From Catajapyx aquilonaris (lineage: Eukaryota), in assembly GCA_000934665.2 (NCBI GenBank), contig JYFJ02002951.1, forward strand, positions 1 to 48,542: DNA of 48,542 nucleotides. The letters run 5' to 3'. Every line of letters begins with the position of its first letter. Positions within the stretch are counted from its first letter, which is position 1. Below the pieces are notes generated by a model. That model saw only the letters and a program-made list of their open reading frames with translations, ran no database searches and was not told where the DNA came from. A program made the translations under genes and the position numbers. Shown one piece after another: positions 47,914 through 48,542 of the stretch.

Positions 47914-48542
47914 GTAAGTTAATTCTTTACCTTTTTAAATATAACATGGGAAATCATGTTTTGGCATTTCAGATTACTTTTAGTTTGTACAGGGTGGGCT
48001 GGAAGTCACCATACCCCTCACGGTATGAGGACGGTATAATAGATTATTGAATTACTTAGGCTATAATCATCTATTCTTAATAGAAAGTATATACCTTTAT
48101 AGCTATATAGTCTGCATTCACTTGATTTTACTGTTTCTTAGTTCAATGGGTTTGTATGAGCACCATTGTGATCCACACACAAAGCGACTCGTCTCCCCGT
48201 GCTTCATGACAAGCGACGGAGCAGTTCCCAAATCATGATGGGTGGTGGATTACTTTCCAACTTTTCTGCTTCATGAGGATTTCTCTTTGCCCAAAAGACA
48301 GCATTTCTGGCATGCAAACTGCAGTAAATTGCACATTCTTAGGAAATAATAGCCTTTGCATGGAAACTTTCAATTGTGAATTGGTCTAACAAAGCATGGC
48401 AGGATGCAACGTGAAGTTTCATGTCTGTATATGATAGTTCATACACAGGGGCGGTTTTACATAGAGGCACATGTAGCACGTGCTACGGGCCCCGCGCTGA
48501 TAGGGGCCTCGCGCTGATGCGTATACACTTGTACTCTGGCTA

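Overview
Eukaryotic (animal, most likely insect/arthropod) genomic DNA, gene-dense, with short (~60-90 nt) GT-AG introns and many SINE and MITE insertions. I assembled ten spliced protein-coding genes by hand from splice sites and reading-frame phase: TADA2B/Ada2b (-), COX7A (+), ALG12 (-), ACTR10/Arp10 (+), an intact ~1,700-aa DEAH-box RNA helicase fused to RRM/KH-like domains and a complete RING1-IBR-RING2 (RBR) E3 ligase (+), a testis-specific Ser/Thr kinase (-), CDIN1/C15orf41 (-), OPA3 (+), CCDC61 (-, 3' end unresolved) and the 5' part of a CNG/HCN-like channel (+). Eight of the ten sit in head-to-head pairs. The best candidate for an uncharacterised system is the helicase-RBR fusion (plant DEAH11/12 architecture), a plausible RNA-sensing ubiquitin ligase. 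Also notable: a dual-frame TADA2B exon controlled by a 50-nt cassette exon, a ~630-bp palindrome made of two inverted MITE copies just upstream of the helicase ORF, and a hAT MITE nested in a SINE with a perfect 8-bp target-site duplication (TSD). Gene names come from recalled family motifs, not database searches.
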